In this document: positions 1 through 8,525 of the stretch, one piece after another | How positions within the stretch are numbered: the first letter of the stretch is position 1 | Layout: the number at the start of each line of letters is the position of its first letter | From: a virus | Taxonomy: Duplodnaviria > Caudoviricetes | DNA: 34,518 nucleotides | Direction: 5' to 3' (one strand) | IMG/VR virus record: IMGVR_UViG_3300032270_001566 | Coordinates: 1 to 34,518 of that record | The notes under the pieces: model-generated | Told to the model about the DNA's origin: nothing | Database searches by the model: none | What the model saw: the letters and a program-made list of their open reading frames with translations, nothing else | Translations under genes and position numbers: made by a program

Positions 1-697
1 CCTTTAATATAATACGCCCGAGTGCAATAACATCTTCCATATTATATTGTGCGATTTCTTCAAGTCGACCTTGCCAAAAAGCGGCTGGAACCTCTTCGCC
101 TCGCATAGCACTTTTTGGAGAAGGTATTCCTAACACTCCACAAATAAGATCTAGTGAAGTAAAACCTTCTTGCCAAGCACCAAAAGACCAAACGTCCATG
201 GTATCTTGCATAGGAATTTCCCAAGGTTTTTTATTATGAAAGTGTAATTCATCTGGAACAGATAATCCATTAATTAACATACGTTTACAAAGGTATGGAA
301 TATCAAATCTTTTAATATTATGACCAACTAAAACTCCTCCAGTTGAAAATATTTTAGAAATGGACTTTTGGGCTTTAATTAAAAGTTCTTCTTCGTTTTC
401 TCCAGAAATAGCAGCAACCGTAAAGGTAGGTTCACCATCTTTATAAGTAATACGACCAAAACTGATACAGACTATTCTGCCGAACTCTGCTTGAAGAGCA
501 GCTTTCTGTGTAAAAAGATCTTCATCACTTAAAGTTTTATTATCTGGATATTTTTGTGAAAGAGTATCACGAAGGTATTCAGCTCGCTTATGCCACTGGG
601 CTTGTAGTGCTGGGCTCAGAGAACCAGCATCCTGGGTAGTAGTTGAGGTCTCAATATCAAAAAAGACCATTTTAGAAATTTGTTGAGGTGTAAACAT
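1..697 (-). CDS. PolB-related 3'-5' exonuclease (DEDD superfamily), runs off the left edge of the window
   Basis: Not in the ORF track because it is partial. Manual translation from the ATG at 697 gives MFTPQQISKMVFFDIET...AEFGRIVCISFG...LVGHNIKRFDIPYLCKRMLING...KKPWEIPMQDTMDVWSFG...SLDLICGVLGIPSPK...IAQYNMEDVIAL. ExoI (DIET), ExoII (HN...FD) and ExoIII (Y...D) motifs are present, and the frame is open to position 2. Confidence 0.88.
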   Translation of the reverse strand, partial: MFTPQQISKMVFFDIETSTTTQDAGSLSPALQAQWHKRAEYLRDTLSQKYPDNKTLSDEDLFTQKAALQAEFGRIVCISFGRITYKDGEPTFTVAAISGENEEELLIKAQKSISKIFSTGGVLVGHNIKRFDIPYLCKRMLINGLSVPDELHFHNKKPWEIPMQDTMDVWSFGAWQEGFTSLDLICGVLGIPSPKSAMRGEEVPAAFWQGRLEEIAQYNMEDVIALGRIILK

Positions 698-742
698 TGC
701 CTAATAATTTAGAAACAATATACTAAAGAATCTTAAGTTTTG

Positions 743-882
743 GTCAGATTGAGTCTCTAATTCTTTATTTTTAAAAAATAAAGAGAATAGAGTCATAAAT
801 TATCAGTCTGATCTTCAGTCTGACACCCTCCCAAACCTTTCCCTTATTTTATAGCACTTTTGAAGAAGGTTTTAGAAACCTT
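743..882. repeat. Cluster of inverted repeats/palindromes in the divergent intergenic region
   Basis: TCTTTATTTTT (762-772) pairs with AAAAATAAAGA (774-784); CTCTA (755-759) pairs with TAGAG (788-792); the odd palindrome TCAGTCTGA occurs twice (803-811, 815-823); AAGGTTT-TAG-AAACCTT lies at 866-882. Confidence 0.7.
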
Positions 883-925
883 TTATAATTTTTTCAGTAA
901 AGTATTACAAATTACTTAATTATGC

Positions 926-1588
926 GTGACTATTATAGGATTCGACTTTTCGATTAACTTTCCAGCAGCTTGTATAAGTCATGACTTCAAGACTTTTAAA
1001 TGGGTTGCTGTCACTAATACTAAATTAAGTAAATCTTATCTTCACTTCTTAGAAGGAATCAATCTGGAATTTCCAGATATTCATATTGTTAACTTAGGAG
1101 AAAAGAATAATAAAGGCTTAAGCTATTCTGATACTGAAAGAAAGAAACTACAAAACCAATTACTTTTAGTAAATACCTTAATTGATACAGTTTTAATTAA
1201 AGTTCAACAAAGACCTATTATTGTTGGAATTGAAGGTTTTGCATATGGAGCTAAAGGTAATTCTCTAGTTGATATTGTTCAAACTACAGGAATCCTCAAA
1301 AAGACGATTACTGATAGATTGCTAGATAATAATTTAGCTGGACTTTTTATCTTTTCACCATCTGAACTAAAAAATGCAATAGGAGCAAAGGGTAATGCTA
1401 ATAAATTTGAAGTATTTAATCAATTTATAGAAGACCCTAAAATTGAGGCAGCTAAAAACTCTGCTCTTGCTCAATGCTTAAATAAATATAATACAGAACT
1501 GGTCACCTCTTCTGAAATTAAATCGCCATTCCCTGACCTAGTTGATTCTTATTTAAGTGTATTAAAAATTTACCAGGCCCTAACCTAA
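926..1588 (+). CDS. RuvC-like Holliday junction resolvase / RNase H-fold endonuclease
   Basis: GTG start. Motifs IIGFDFS (Asp1), VGIEGFAYG (Glu), SPSELKNAIGAKGNANK (RuvC P..(V/L)K...G.G.A.K) and DLVDSY (C-terminal acidic pair). Confidence 0.8.
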   Translation: MTIIGFDFSINFPAACISHDFKTFKWVAVTNTKLSKSYLHFLEGINLEFPDIHIVNLGEKNNKGLSYSDTERKKLQNQLLLVNTLIDTVLIKVQQRPIIVGIEGFAYGAKGNSLVDIVQTTGILKKTITDRLLDNNLAGLFIFSPSELKNAIGAKGNANKFEVFNQFIEDPKIEAAKNSALAQCLNKYNTELVTSSEIKSPFPDLVDSYLSVLKIYQALT

Positions 1589-2007
1589 TGGCAAGAATTA
1601 AAGACCCGAAGTACTACATTAATAATAGAGACTTCACTAATGAAATTGTTCGCTGTAAACACGGTCTTCTAAATGAAGAAACCGGCTACCAGCATACAAA
1701 AGGAGAACTTTCTCCAAAAGCAATCGACTATTTTATCCTATTGGCTAACCGTGCTATCCAAAAGTTAAAATTTCAAAATCCTCTAGATAGAGAAGACTGT
1801 ATTCAATCTGCTCTGCTTGACCTTTTAAGATATTGGAGAAACTTTAATGAGGAAAAATCCAATAATGCATTTGCTTACTTTACCCAGATCGCCAAGAATG
1901 GATACGCTAAAGAATATAAAAAGATCTATAAGCATATCGGTAAAGGCGAAAAGATTGTTACTATTTCCCTTAGCCACTCTGGAGAGAGCGAAATCTACAC
2001 GATCTAA
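1588..2007 (+). CDS. T4 gp55-like late-transcription sigma factor
   Basis: YINNRDF...REDCIQSALLDLLRYWRNFNEEKSNNAFAYFTQIAKNGY matches the gp55 pattern YVNN.E...(D/E)...NF...K..N..AY.TQ...N. Coupled to the upstream gene through TAATG. Confidence 0.85.
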   Translation: MARIKDPKYYINNRDFTNEIVRCKHGLLNEETGYQHTKGELSPKAIDYFILLANRAIQKLKFQNPLDREDCIQSALLDLLRYWRNFNEEKSNNAFAYFTQIAKNGYAKEYKKIYKHIGKGEKIVTISLSHSGESEIYTI

Positions 2008-2023
2008 CTTGCCATTTCCTGGC

Positions 2024-2039
2024 TAATAAATAACAAAAA
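2024..2039 (+). promoter_or_regulatory. Putative late promoter (TAATAAATAACAAAAA)
   Basis: AATAAATA is one mismatch from the T4 late promoter TATAAATA. The identical 16-mer recurs at 8497 and 29025, each just upstream of a gene start. Confidence 0.7.
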
Positions 2040-2048
2040 GCCAAGTTG

Positions 2049-4562
2049 ATGCAACTTTCTAACCTTATATTTTTTGATAAGTTTGGTGAAAACTATAACT
2101 TTCAGTTTACTAAGTACAATGAGGTAACTAGTAAAAGCGATACTATTACCTGGTATTACGGTAAAGAATATATTAAACCGGTATCTCTTGGTTTATTTGA
2201 TAGCCGACAAATCTTTGTATTGGAATATTCTAATCCAGAATACCTTTTTCCTACCCTCAATCAAAATGAAAGAATTGTATTTAAATGGGAAAAGGCTGAT
2301 TCTGAGAATAACTTCTTTTTCTATAATATAAAACAGGACATAACTGGAAATAGCGACACAGATCTTCCGGTAATAGAGCGAGCTGATTCAATTATATTAA
2401 ATCATTCAGATTTTGCAAGCGGGTCATCTGCTCAACTCTATCTTAAATATCCAATGCAGGTAAATATTGCCTTTTCACCAACTGAAGAGAAAATCTATAC
2501 CAGAAAATTATTAGCATATCACGAGACTTTATCAAATGGTGCAATTTTAAGTTCAACTAAAATCCTTGAGATTGACTATTATGGAGAAGGTGTTGATGAG
2601 GATTCTAGATATCGAAATTGGATGGAAAACTTTGGAATATCTTTCCATGTAGAGGACGCTCAATTATTAAAAGACTATTACATCAAAGAAGGTTTACCAG
2701 ATTGGGAACAAATAAATCAGGCTCGAAAGGAACTATTAGTAAACCGCGAACAAGTATTTCCATACGTTGGAACCTATAAAGGATTAGTTAATTTCATTAA
2801 TCTATTTGGATATAGAGATGTTTTAGAAGCCAAGGAATTTTGGAGAAACTCAAATTCATCTTCACAATACTTAAATACCTTTGCCCTAGTTAATATTACT
2901 GATATGCTAGACGATGGCAAAATTGATAATATGGTAAATGTTTCAACGGGTGGAACCTTAATGGAATCTGCTCAGTTTGTTAAAACCTCCTTTTTAGCTC
3001 TATGCTACCAGTTTACCAAAGCTACAGATAATTATGATGATGATGGTTTACCTGAAGTTGTTGAAACTACAGATTTTACCCCAGCTGAAATTTTCTATAA
3101 ATTAGATGGATTATCCAAAAAAATATCTCGTGAAATTATTCCAATTAATGTTATAATTAGAGATATTATTGGGGAATTTATATTTTTTGAGAAATTTAAT
3201 ATTAGATATTGGACAGATGATGTTCAAATCAGAAGTGTTGATATTAACACTAAGATTAAAGCAGCAATTGAATTACCTTCGTCTACAATTGCAGTTCCTT
3301 ATGTTAGAGATATTCGTCCGCTCTTTTACTCTAGTGAAGCTGAACTAAACAACCCATCTAAATCATTAACTGGATTTCCTAAATTTTCATTTAATACTGG
3401 AACTGATTCAAGTGGACTCTCTACTGCAATTGCAAATCCATATGAAAATCAACAAAAGTATTCAGCAAAACAGCAGATATCTCTAATAAATGCAGTTAAA
3501 GTTTTCTATGAGCAAGTTGAAAAGGAAGAATGGAAAAATCATGGATCTGCATATTATTGGTCAAATGGAGAAGTTAATGTTAAAGAACAATTAGGTTGCC
3601 CAATTGTTTTAAAAGCAGAGCTTCCTCAATATAGAATAATGGATTATGATGGAATAACCTTTAGCGATTTAGAAACGGAAGGGGCTAGGGTTCGTGATAT
3701 TATTACCTATTTAAATTTAGTAGATGCTGAATGGGTAATTACTAAGAACGCACCAAACCCATATAAGTGGAGCCACCGAGGATCAATCTATGACTTTAAT
3801 AAAATTGTACACTTTTTACCATATGTTGGAGAATATCTAATTGAACTTAGAGTATTTGATCAATTTGCAGGAATATCAGTTGACTTTATTAAATTTACGG
3901 TAAATTCAACAGTTGGAACCACTGTCGGATTTACTAGAACCTCTGATAAATTTTCATATCAATTTAAGGACTTAACTAATGTTACAGTCGGTGATATGGG
4001 TGGCAGTTATATGTTTAATCCAAATGTAACAATTTCATCATTTACTCAAAAAATAGGATCCATTGATTTAGAAAAGGAATTATTTGATTGGGCGTACTAT
4101 TCAAATAATTTTAGTAATAATACTGCACCAACTCAAGCCAAAATCAAAGACAGCTTAAATGGAGTCTATAAAGAATTGGGAGATTCTACATTAAATTCAG
4201 ATTATGCATATGCTTGGGGATTAGGCGAAAATTCGCTAAAACCTAAAATGAGTGATTTAGCTGATGCTAAAATTGGAGATCTTTTCCATACTAAATTCTA
4301 TCAATTATCATATCAATCTGACTTTTTACAAGGATTCTCAATCGATGCACCAACAGCTGGTTATAAGATTAGATTAGGTTTACACAATCCTTATACTGTA
4401 CCTACATATTCTAATATTGATAACTTGGTCACTCAGTTAAATGCCTCGACTCACAGTGCAATTTCAAAATTTAGATATCGAGTAGTAAATAATAAAGTAT
4501 ACGCAACCGCTAAAGAAAGCTCAAATACAAATAATTTTACTGTAAAAGTAACTCAACAATAA
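2049..4562 (+). CDS. Putative baseplate wedge-type structural protein
   Basis: ~837 aa (TTG at 2046, ATG at 2049). FPYVGTYKGLVNFINLFGY resembles the KGT...(L/I)..(L/F)G motif of baseplate gp7/gpI-type proteins, and there is a PKD-like stretch (LPYVGEYLIELRVFD). First gene after a late promoter. Product is inferred. Confidence 0.5.
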   Translation: MQLSNLIFFDKFGENYNFQFTKYNEVTSKSDTITWYYGKEYIKPVSLGLFDSRQIFVLEYSNPEYLFPTLNQNERIVFKWEKADSENNFFFYNIKQDITGNSDTDLPVIERADSIILNHSDFASGSSAQLYLKYPMQVNIAFSPTEEKIYTRKLLAYHETLSNGAILSSTKILEIDYYGEGVDEDSRYRNWMENFGISFHVEDAQLLKDYYIKEGLPDWEQINQARKELLVNREQVFPYVGTYKGLVNFINLFGYRDVLEAKEFWRNSNSSSQYLNTFALVNITDMLDDGKIDNMVNVSTGGTLMESAQFVKTSFLALCYQFTKATDNYDDDGLPEVVETTDFTPAEIFYKLDGLSKKISREIIPINVIIRDIIGEFIFFEKFNIRYWTDDVQIRSVDINTKIKAAIELPSSTIAVPYVRDIRPLFYSSEAELNNPSKSLTGFPKFSFNTGTDSSGLSTAIANPYENQQKYSAKQQISLINAVKVFYEQVEKEEWKNHGSAYYWSNGEVNVKEQLGCPIVLKAELPQYRIMDYDGITFSDLETEGARVRDIITYLNLVDAEWVITKNAPNPYKWSHRGSIYDFNKIVHFLPYVGEYLIELRVFDQFAGISVDFIKFTVNSTVGTTVGFTRTSDKFSYQFKDLTNVTVGDMGGSYMFNPNVTISSFTQKIGSIDLEKELFDWAYYSNNFSNNTAPTQAKIKDSLNGVYKELGDSTLNSDYAYAWGLGENSLKPKMSDLADAKIGDLFHTKFYQLSYQSDFLQGFSIDAPTAGYKIRLGLHNPYTVPTYSNIDNLVTQLNASTHSAISKFRYRVVNNKVYATAKESSNTNNFTVKVTQQ

Positions 4563-4563
4563 T

Positions 4564-7500
4564 ATGGCAGTATTTGCATTTTGTTATCAATTAACCGTAC
4601 CAACTTCAACTGAAACTTTGGGAAAAACCTTAGGGTATACGCCATATGATGGCACACCAGTATATGTTTCGTTTGACGAATTGGGAGCCTTTGAATCAAC
4701 TTATGGACCAGATGGCCCAATCTATTATTTTTGTTCAAGGACTTATCCAACTTTACAAGTATTTGGTCAGCAATCTGATTTTAGCTCGTATAATATTACA
4801 GTTATGGGTGGAGATACTCCATGTAGTAACAACTTAGATTGTTATCAAGGTGGCGGTGGCGGAGGAGGCAATCTTCTTTCATATTGTTATCAAATTGCAA
4901 TCAATCAATCAATAATTAGTGAAAATTCAATACAATTTTCATATACTCCATATGGAGCACAAGGCGCATCGACTGTACAGGCCAGAAACTGGAGTTCAAC
5001 TGTAACAAATGGAACAATTAAAACGCTTTATATTTGTTCCGGTACAGAACCAGTTATATTCATAGATTATGATCCAATCATAGATCCATATAATTATGGA
5101 GTTACTGTGACTGGAGGTATCACTGAATGTATATCAGATACTGAATGTATGCCTCAAGTAACACCGGTTAATTGTACCCTAAGTAGTTGGGGTTATGGTG
5201 CAACTCAAGAAACTTGGACAGCAGGCGCATGGAGCCCATGTACATTAACAAATGGTTCATATCAAAGATTTCAAACTAGATATGTAATAACGCCTGCTTC
5301 TGGCGGAGGCACTTGTACTGGTGCAACTATTCAATATGAAGCATGTACACCACAACAAAGTGGAACGGTTGCGACTTTAACCACACCAACCTTTAGTGGA
5401 ACTACCGCAAACTCAGTAACTACCACCACTACAATAAGTAATAATGGAGGAAGCGAAGTTACCTCAGTCACATTTAGAATTTTTAGAAATGGTACTCTGG
5501 TAAATTCTGCAATACTTAGTGATTTTAGATTTGGTATTTCTACCCAATTTACAGGATTACTTGAAAATACTCAATATACAGTACAGGCTTTTGCAATAAA
5601 TGCAACGGGCACCGGTCAATCTCAAGTAGGAACTTTCACTACATCTGCCTCAGGCGGAATTAGTACTCCAACCACAAGTGGATTAACTCAAACCGGTGTA
5701 ACTTTAACCTCAACTTTTACCAATTCAGCAGGAGACCAATTTGTTAGATATGGATTAATTTATAAAATTGGAAATTCAGATAATTTAGTAGTCAATGGTC
5801 AAGGGGTTATTAAATTTGAATCTGGCCCTCTTAATCCTGAACAGAGTCCGGTTCAATTGGTAAGCAGTTTAACTGGTCTTATTGCAAACACACAATACTA
5901 TGCAAAGGCATACGTACAAAACAGCGATGGTGCAACTTATTTGTATTCATCTGCCATTAATTTTACGACCTCTGGTATTCCACAAGGTCAACCATCTGCT
6001 CAACTTGCCATTTCTTCAATTGCTTTACAAGGTAGCACAGGAGTAGCTGCAGATTATGCATTTATTACAAACTCTGCAGCAAACCTAAGCCGATCATATA
6101 TTTCAGTAATTGAACCTAGTCCAAATGATCCAGTGCCAGGTGCATACCAAATTACAGCAACTTTACAAGAGGCAGACCTAAATAGTTTGACTTGGATATT
6201 ACAAACTAGAGTTAGTCCAAGTGATTCTAATTGGCAACAACTAGACCAAGTAACAAGATCAACTGATCTTAACTCACTAACTCCACCTCCAGCATGGACA
6301 TATTATACATATTCTGAAGATAGAACTCAGGTTAAATTTAGACCAAGTGCCCCTGGTTATTATCGATTTATGTTTAAGGGTTCTTTTTCAAATGGAACTC
6401 AATTTACAGTATACAAAGAACTTATAATTGGTCGACCTACCGAGGATATTGATTTAGCTTATTCAACGCTAAGACAAGGTTCCTCTAGTAATATCCAAGT
6501 TGCAGCAAGCCCAGTCTATCCAGAATGGATTCCTGAATTTCCAGAAGATGGACTATATGGAATAGCTGTAACCCAAACTGGCTCAACCATTGTGCCAAGC
6601 TTAAATATTAATAATTCAACTAGGTCCTTTACTGCACTATGGGGAGTTAATAGTAACAATGAAAGAATTCAACCAACTTTAACTGTTGTATATTCTTCTC
6701 CATTTAAGAATTTGCTAAAATCTAATAGTTTTTCAAAACAATTTCCAATTATAGTATTAGCGCCATTTCCTGGAATTTCATTTAGCAATTCAGCCATATT
6801 TAATTCACCAGTTACAAGTGGAGGAACTGTTACCATAAATGTGGCAACACAATATGCAAAATCCTATATTATTACATCTTCACTTGGTAATGGAACTGCA
6901 AATAACCCAGTAACATACACAAATGTTCAATCTGGAACATACACAATTACGGCAACTGCAGTTAATGATAATTCTCCAAATGAACAACAAACTATAATAA
7001 GTGCAACCTTAACGGTTGAGGCAGCCGCTCCAGTTTTAAATCAGTTACCTCAACAAAAAGTTGGTAGAAACCTATTTGTTGATATTGAGACATTACCGTA
7101 TATTAATTTAAATGGATCCTCATTTAGCAATCTATTAATTGTAACTCAGCCTAGCCAAGGAACTCTATCTGTAAACGGTTATAGAATTAGATATATTCCA
7201 AATCAGGATTATACTGGAACTGACCTATTTTCGTTTAGCGTAAAAAGTACGACTAATACTTTTTCTAATACAGTAAATGTATCATTGTTAACTGCGGCTC
7301 CAAGCTTTAATGTTGGTGTAGCAAACGAACAAATTGTATTTAATTCAACTGAAGTTGGAGCAACCCGAAATTTAATAGTACCTATTACAAATAGCGGAAC
7401 AGATTCTAAGCTAGAGATACATTCATTAAGTTTAGACCAAGATTTTGATGATTTTAAATTACTTATAACATCTGGCCAAACCGAAACTGTTGTACCATCA

Positions 7501-7608
7501 ATCGAAAATATTGATATTAATCCAGGTCAAACTTATAATGTAAAGATACGAGTTCAGCCAAGCGGAATCGGAGTAAGAACTGCTCGTTTAAAAATTGATC
7601 ATAACTAA
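4564..7608 (+). CDS. Multidomain adhesin-like virion protein (2x Cys-rich module, TSP1-like, 2x FN3, Ig-like, Big_9-like, ASH-like)
   Basis: 1014 aa. PVNCTLSSW...WSPC...RFQTRYVITPASGGGTC...EAC (TSP1/spondin-like); TGLLENTQYTVQAFAIN and TGLIANTQYYAKAYVQN (FN3); TQPSQGTL...YIPNQDYTGTDLFSFSV (Big_9/cadherin-like); F.ST.VG...ITNSG...INPGQT...V.P...G.RTA.L.I (ASH). Confidence 0.75.
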   Translation: MAVFAFCYQLTVPTSTETLGKTLGYTPYDGTPVYVSFDELGAFESTYGPDGPIYYFCSRTYPTLQVFGQQSDFSSYNITVMGGDTPCSNNLDCYQGGGGGGGNLLSYCYQIAINQSIISENSIQFSYTPYGAQGASTVQARNWSSTVTNGTIKTLYICSGTEPVIFIDYDPIIDPYNYGVTVTGGITECISDTECMPQVTPVNCTLSSWGYGATQETWTAGAWSPCTLTNGSYQRFQTRYVITPASGGGTCTGATIQYEACTPQQSGTVATLTTPTFSGTTANSVTTTTTISNNGGSEVTSVTFRIFRNGTLVNSAILSDFRFGISTQFTGLLENTQYTVQAFAINATGTGQSQVGTFTTSASGGISTPTTSGLTQTGVTLTSTFTNSAGDQFVRYGLIYKIGNSDNLVVNGQGVIKFESGPLNPEQSPVQLVSSLTGLIANTQYYAKAYVQNSDGATYLYSSAINFTTSGIPQGQPSAQLAISSIALQGSTGVAADYAFITNSAANLSRSYISVIEPSPNDPVPGAYQITATLQEADLNSLTWILQTRVSPSDSNWQQLDQVTRSTDLNSLTPPPAWTYYTYSEDRTQVKFRPSAPGYYRFMFKGSFSNGTQFTVYKELIIGRPTEDIDLAYSTLRQGSSSNIQVAASPVYPEWIPEFPEDGLYGIAVTQTGSTIVPSLNINNSTRSFTALWGVNSNNERIQPTLTVVYSSPFKNLLKSNSFSKQFPIIVLAPFPGISFSNSAIFNSPVTSGGTVTINVATQYAKSYIITSSLGNGTANNPVTYTNVQSGTYTITATAVNDNSPNEQQTIISATLTVEAAAPVLNQLPQQKVGRNLFVDIETLPYINLNGSSFSNLLIVTQPSQGTLSVNGYRIRYIPNQDYTGTDLFSFSVKSTTNTFSNTVNVSLLTAAPSFNVGVANEQIVFNSTEVGATRNLIVPITNSGTDSKLEIHSLSLDQDFDDFKLLITSGQTETVVPSIENIDINPGQTYNVKIRVQPSGIGVRTARLKIDHN

Positions 7609-8432
7609 TGCCAATAACTTATATTAATATATCGGCAATTGGAGTACCTAGCTCAACTGTAACCTTTAGCTCAAATAACAAATATTCTTATTATGAGCCA
7701 GTTGATACGTATTCAAAAGAGCAAATGTCAAATCTGGAACAACTTAAATTATATGGAGTAATTCCAGACTTTGAAGTCGAAAATCTTATGACATATGCTC
7801 CGCTAAATGATCAAATTTATGGCCGAACTTTTATTGAAAATGGGGTAGAAGTTAATAGAAAAGTTTGGGAACCTGAATATTGGAAAAATAGAGGATTTAT
7901 TTCATATAAAGATGGCAAGCAAGTCGGATTCATTCCATCATTTTTTACTAAAAACTCACTAGATATTTCTGAACTAAAGATTGCAACAGACCGCCTTACT
8001 GTTCCCAAGCATCTTCCAGTTTTTATTTCAGCAAGAGAGGTCATAGGAAAATCTAAAGTATATTGGAAATTGGTTAATATTACGGCCGGGTCTCAGCCAG
8101 TTACAATGGCAGAGGTTGAAGCAGGTTGGACCTTTATTTGGAGATTTGATCAAGAGGGAGAATATGAAATCTCCGGAACAGTTATTGATCTTTGGGGAAA
8201 TGAACACCCTTTACCAGAAAGAAGATTTGTGAAAGTAATGTCAAAATCTGATTACATTGACTATATTGAAAATAGTTTAAATTCCAGAGAAATTACATCA
8301 AGTCTTGCTAAAAACTCGCTCAGAGCTGACTCTGAAATGATTGATATTAACTTTGATGACTATGAAATTCTCTCAGATGGTACTATTATTAATAGAAATG
8401 ATGGCTTAGCCATAAACTTAACTAACCCCTAA
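7608..8432 (+). CDS. Structural protein with PKD/Ig-like C-terminal region
   Basis: 274 aa, TAATG-coupled to the upstream gene. FIWRFDQEGEYEISGTVIDLWGN is a PKD-like F...G.Y.I...V.D..GN motif. Confidence 0.55.
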   Translation: MPITYINISAIGVPSSTVTFSSNNKYSYYEPVDTYSKEQMSNLEQLKLYGVIPDFEVENLMTYAPLNDQIYGRTFIENGVEVNRKVWEPEYWKNRGFISYKDGKQVGFIPSFFTKNSLDISELKIATDRLTVPKHLPVFISAREVIGKSKVYWKLVNITAGSQPVTMAEVEAGWTFIWRFDQEGEYEISGTVIDLWGNEHPLPERRFVKVMSKSDYIDYIENSLNSREITSSLAKNSLRADSEMIDINFDDYEILSDGTIINRNDGLAINLTNP

Positions 8433-8496
8433 GCCAAGTTATATTTTTTGAGTACAAGAAGGCTAACAGTCTATTATTTGCGAGTGCATGCTCTGC

Positions 8497-8512
8497 TAAT
8501 AAATAACAAAAA
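8497..8512 (+). promoter_or_regulatory. Putative late promoter (TAATAAATAACAAAAA)
   Basis: Exact copy of the 16-mer at 2024, ending 13 nt before the ATG at 8526. Confidence 0.7.
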
Positions 8513-8525
8513 ATAGAAAAAACAA

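Noticed and set aside
1481-1488. Intragenic AATAAATA ~100 nt upstream of the sigma gene (also at 21647-21654, upstream of the collagen gene)
   Set aside because: An 8-mer of only A/T is expected several times by chance in this composition; not supportable without TSS data.
2046-8432. Stop-codon read-through joining the three ORFs into one protein (alternative genetic code)
   Set aside because: The junctions are TAA and change frame (TAA-T-ATG, TAATG), and no in-frame TAG/TGA breaks appear in any gene.
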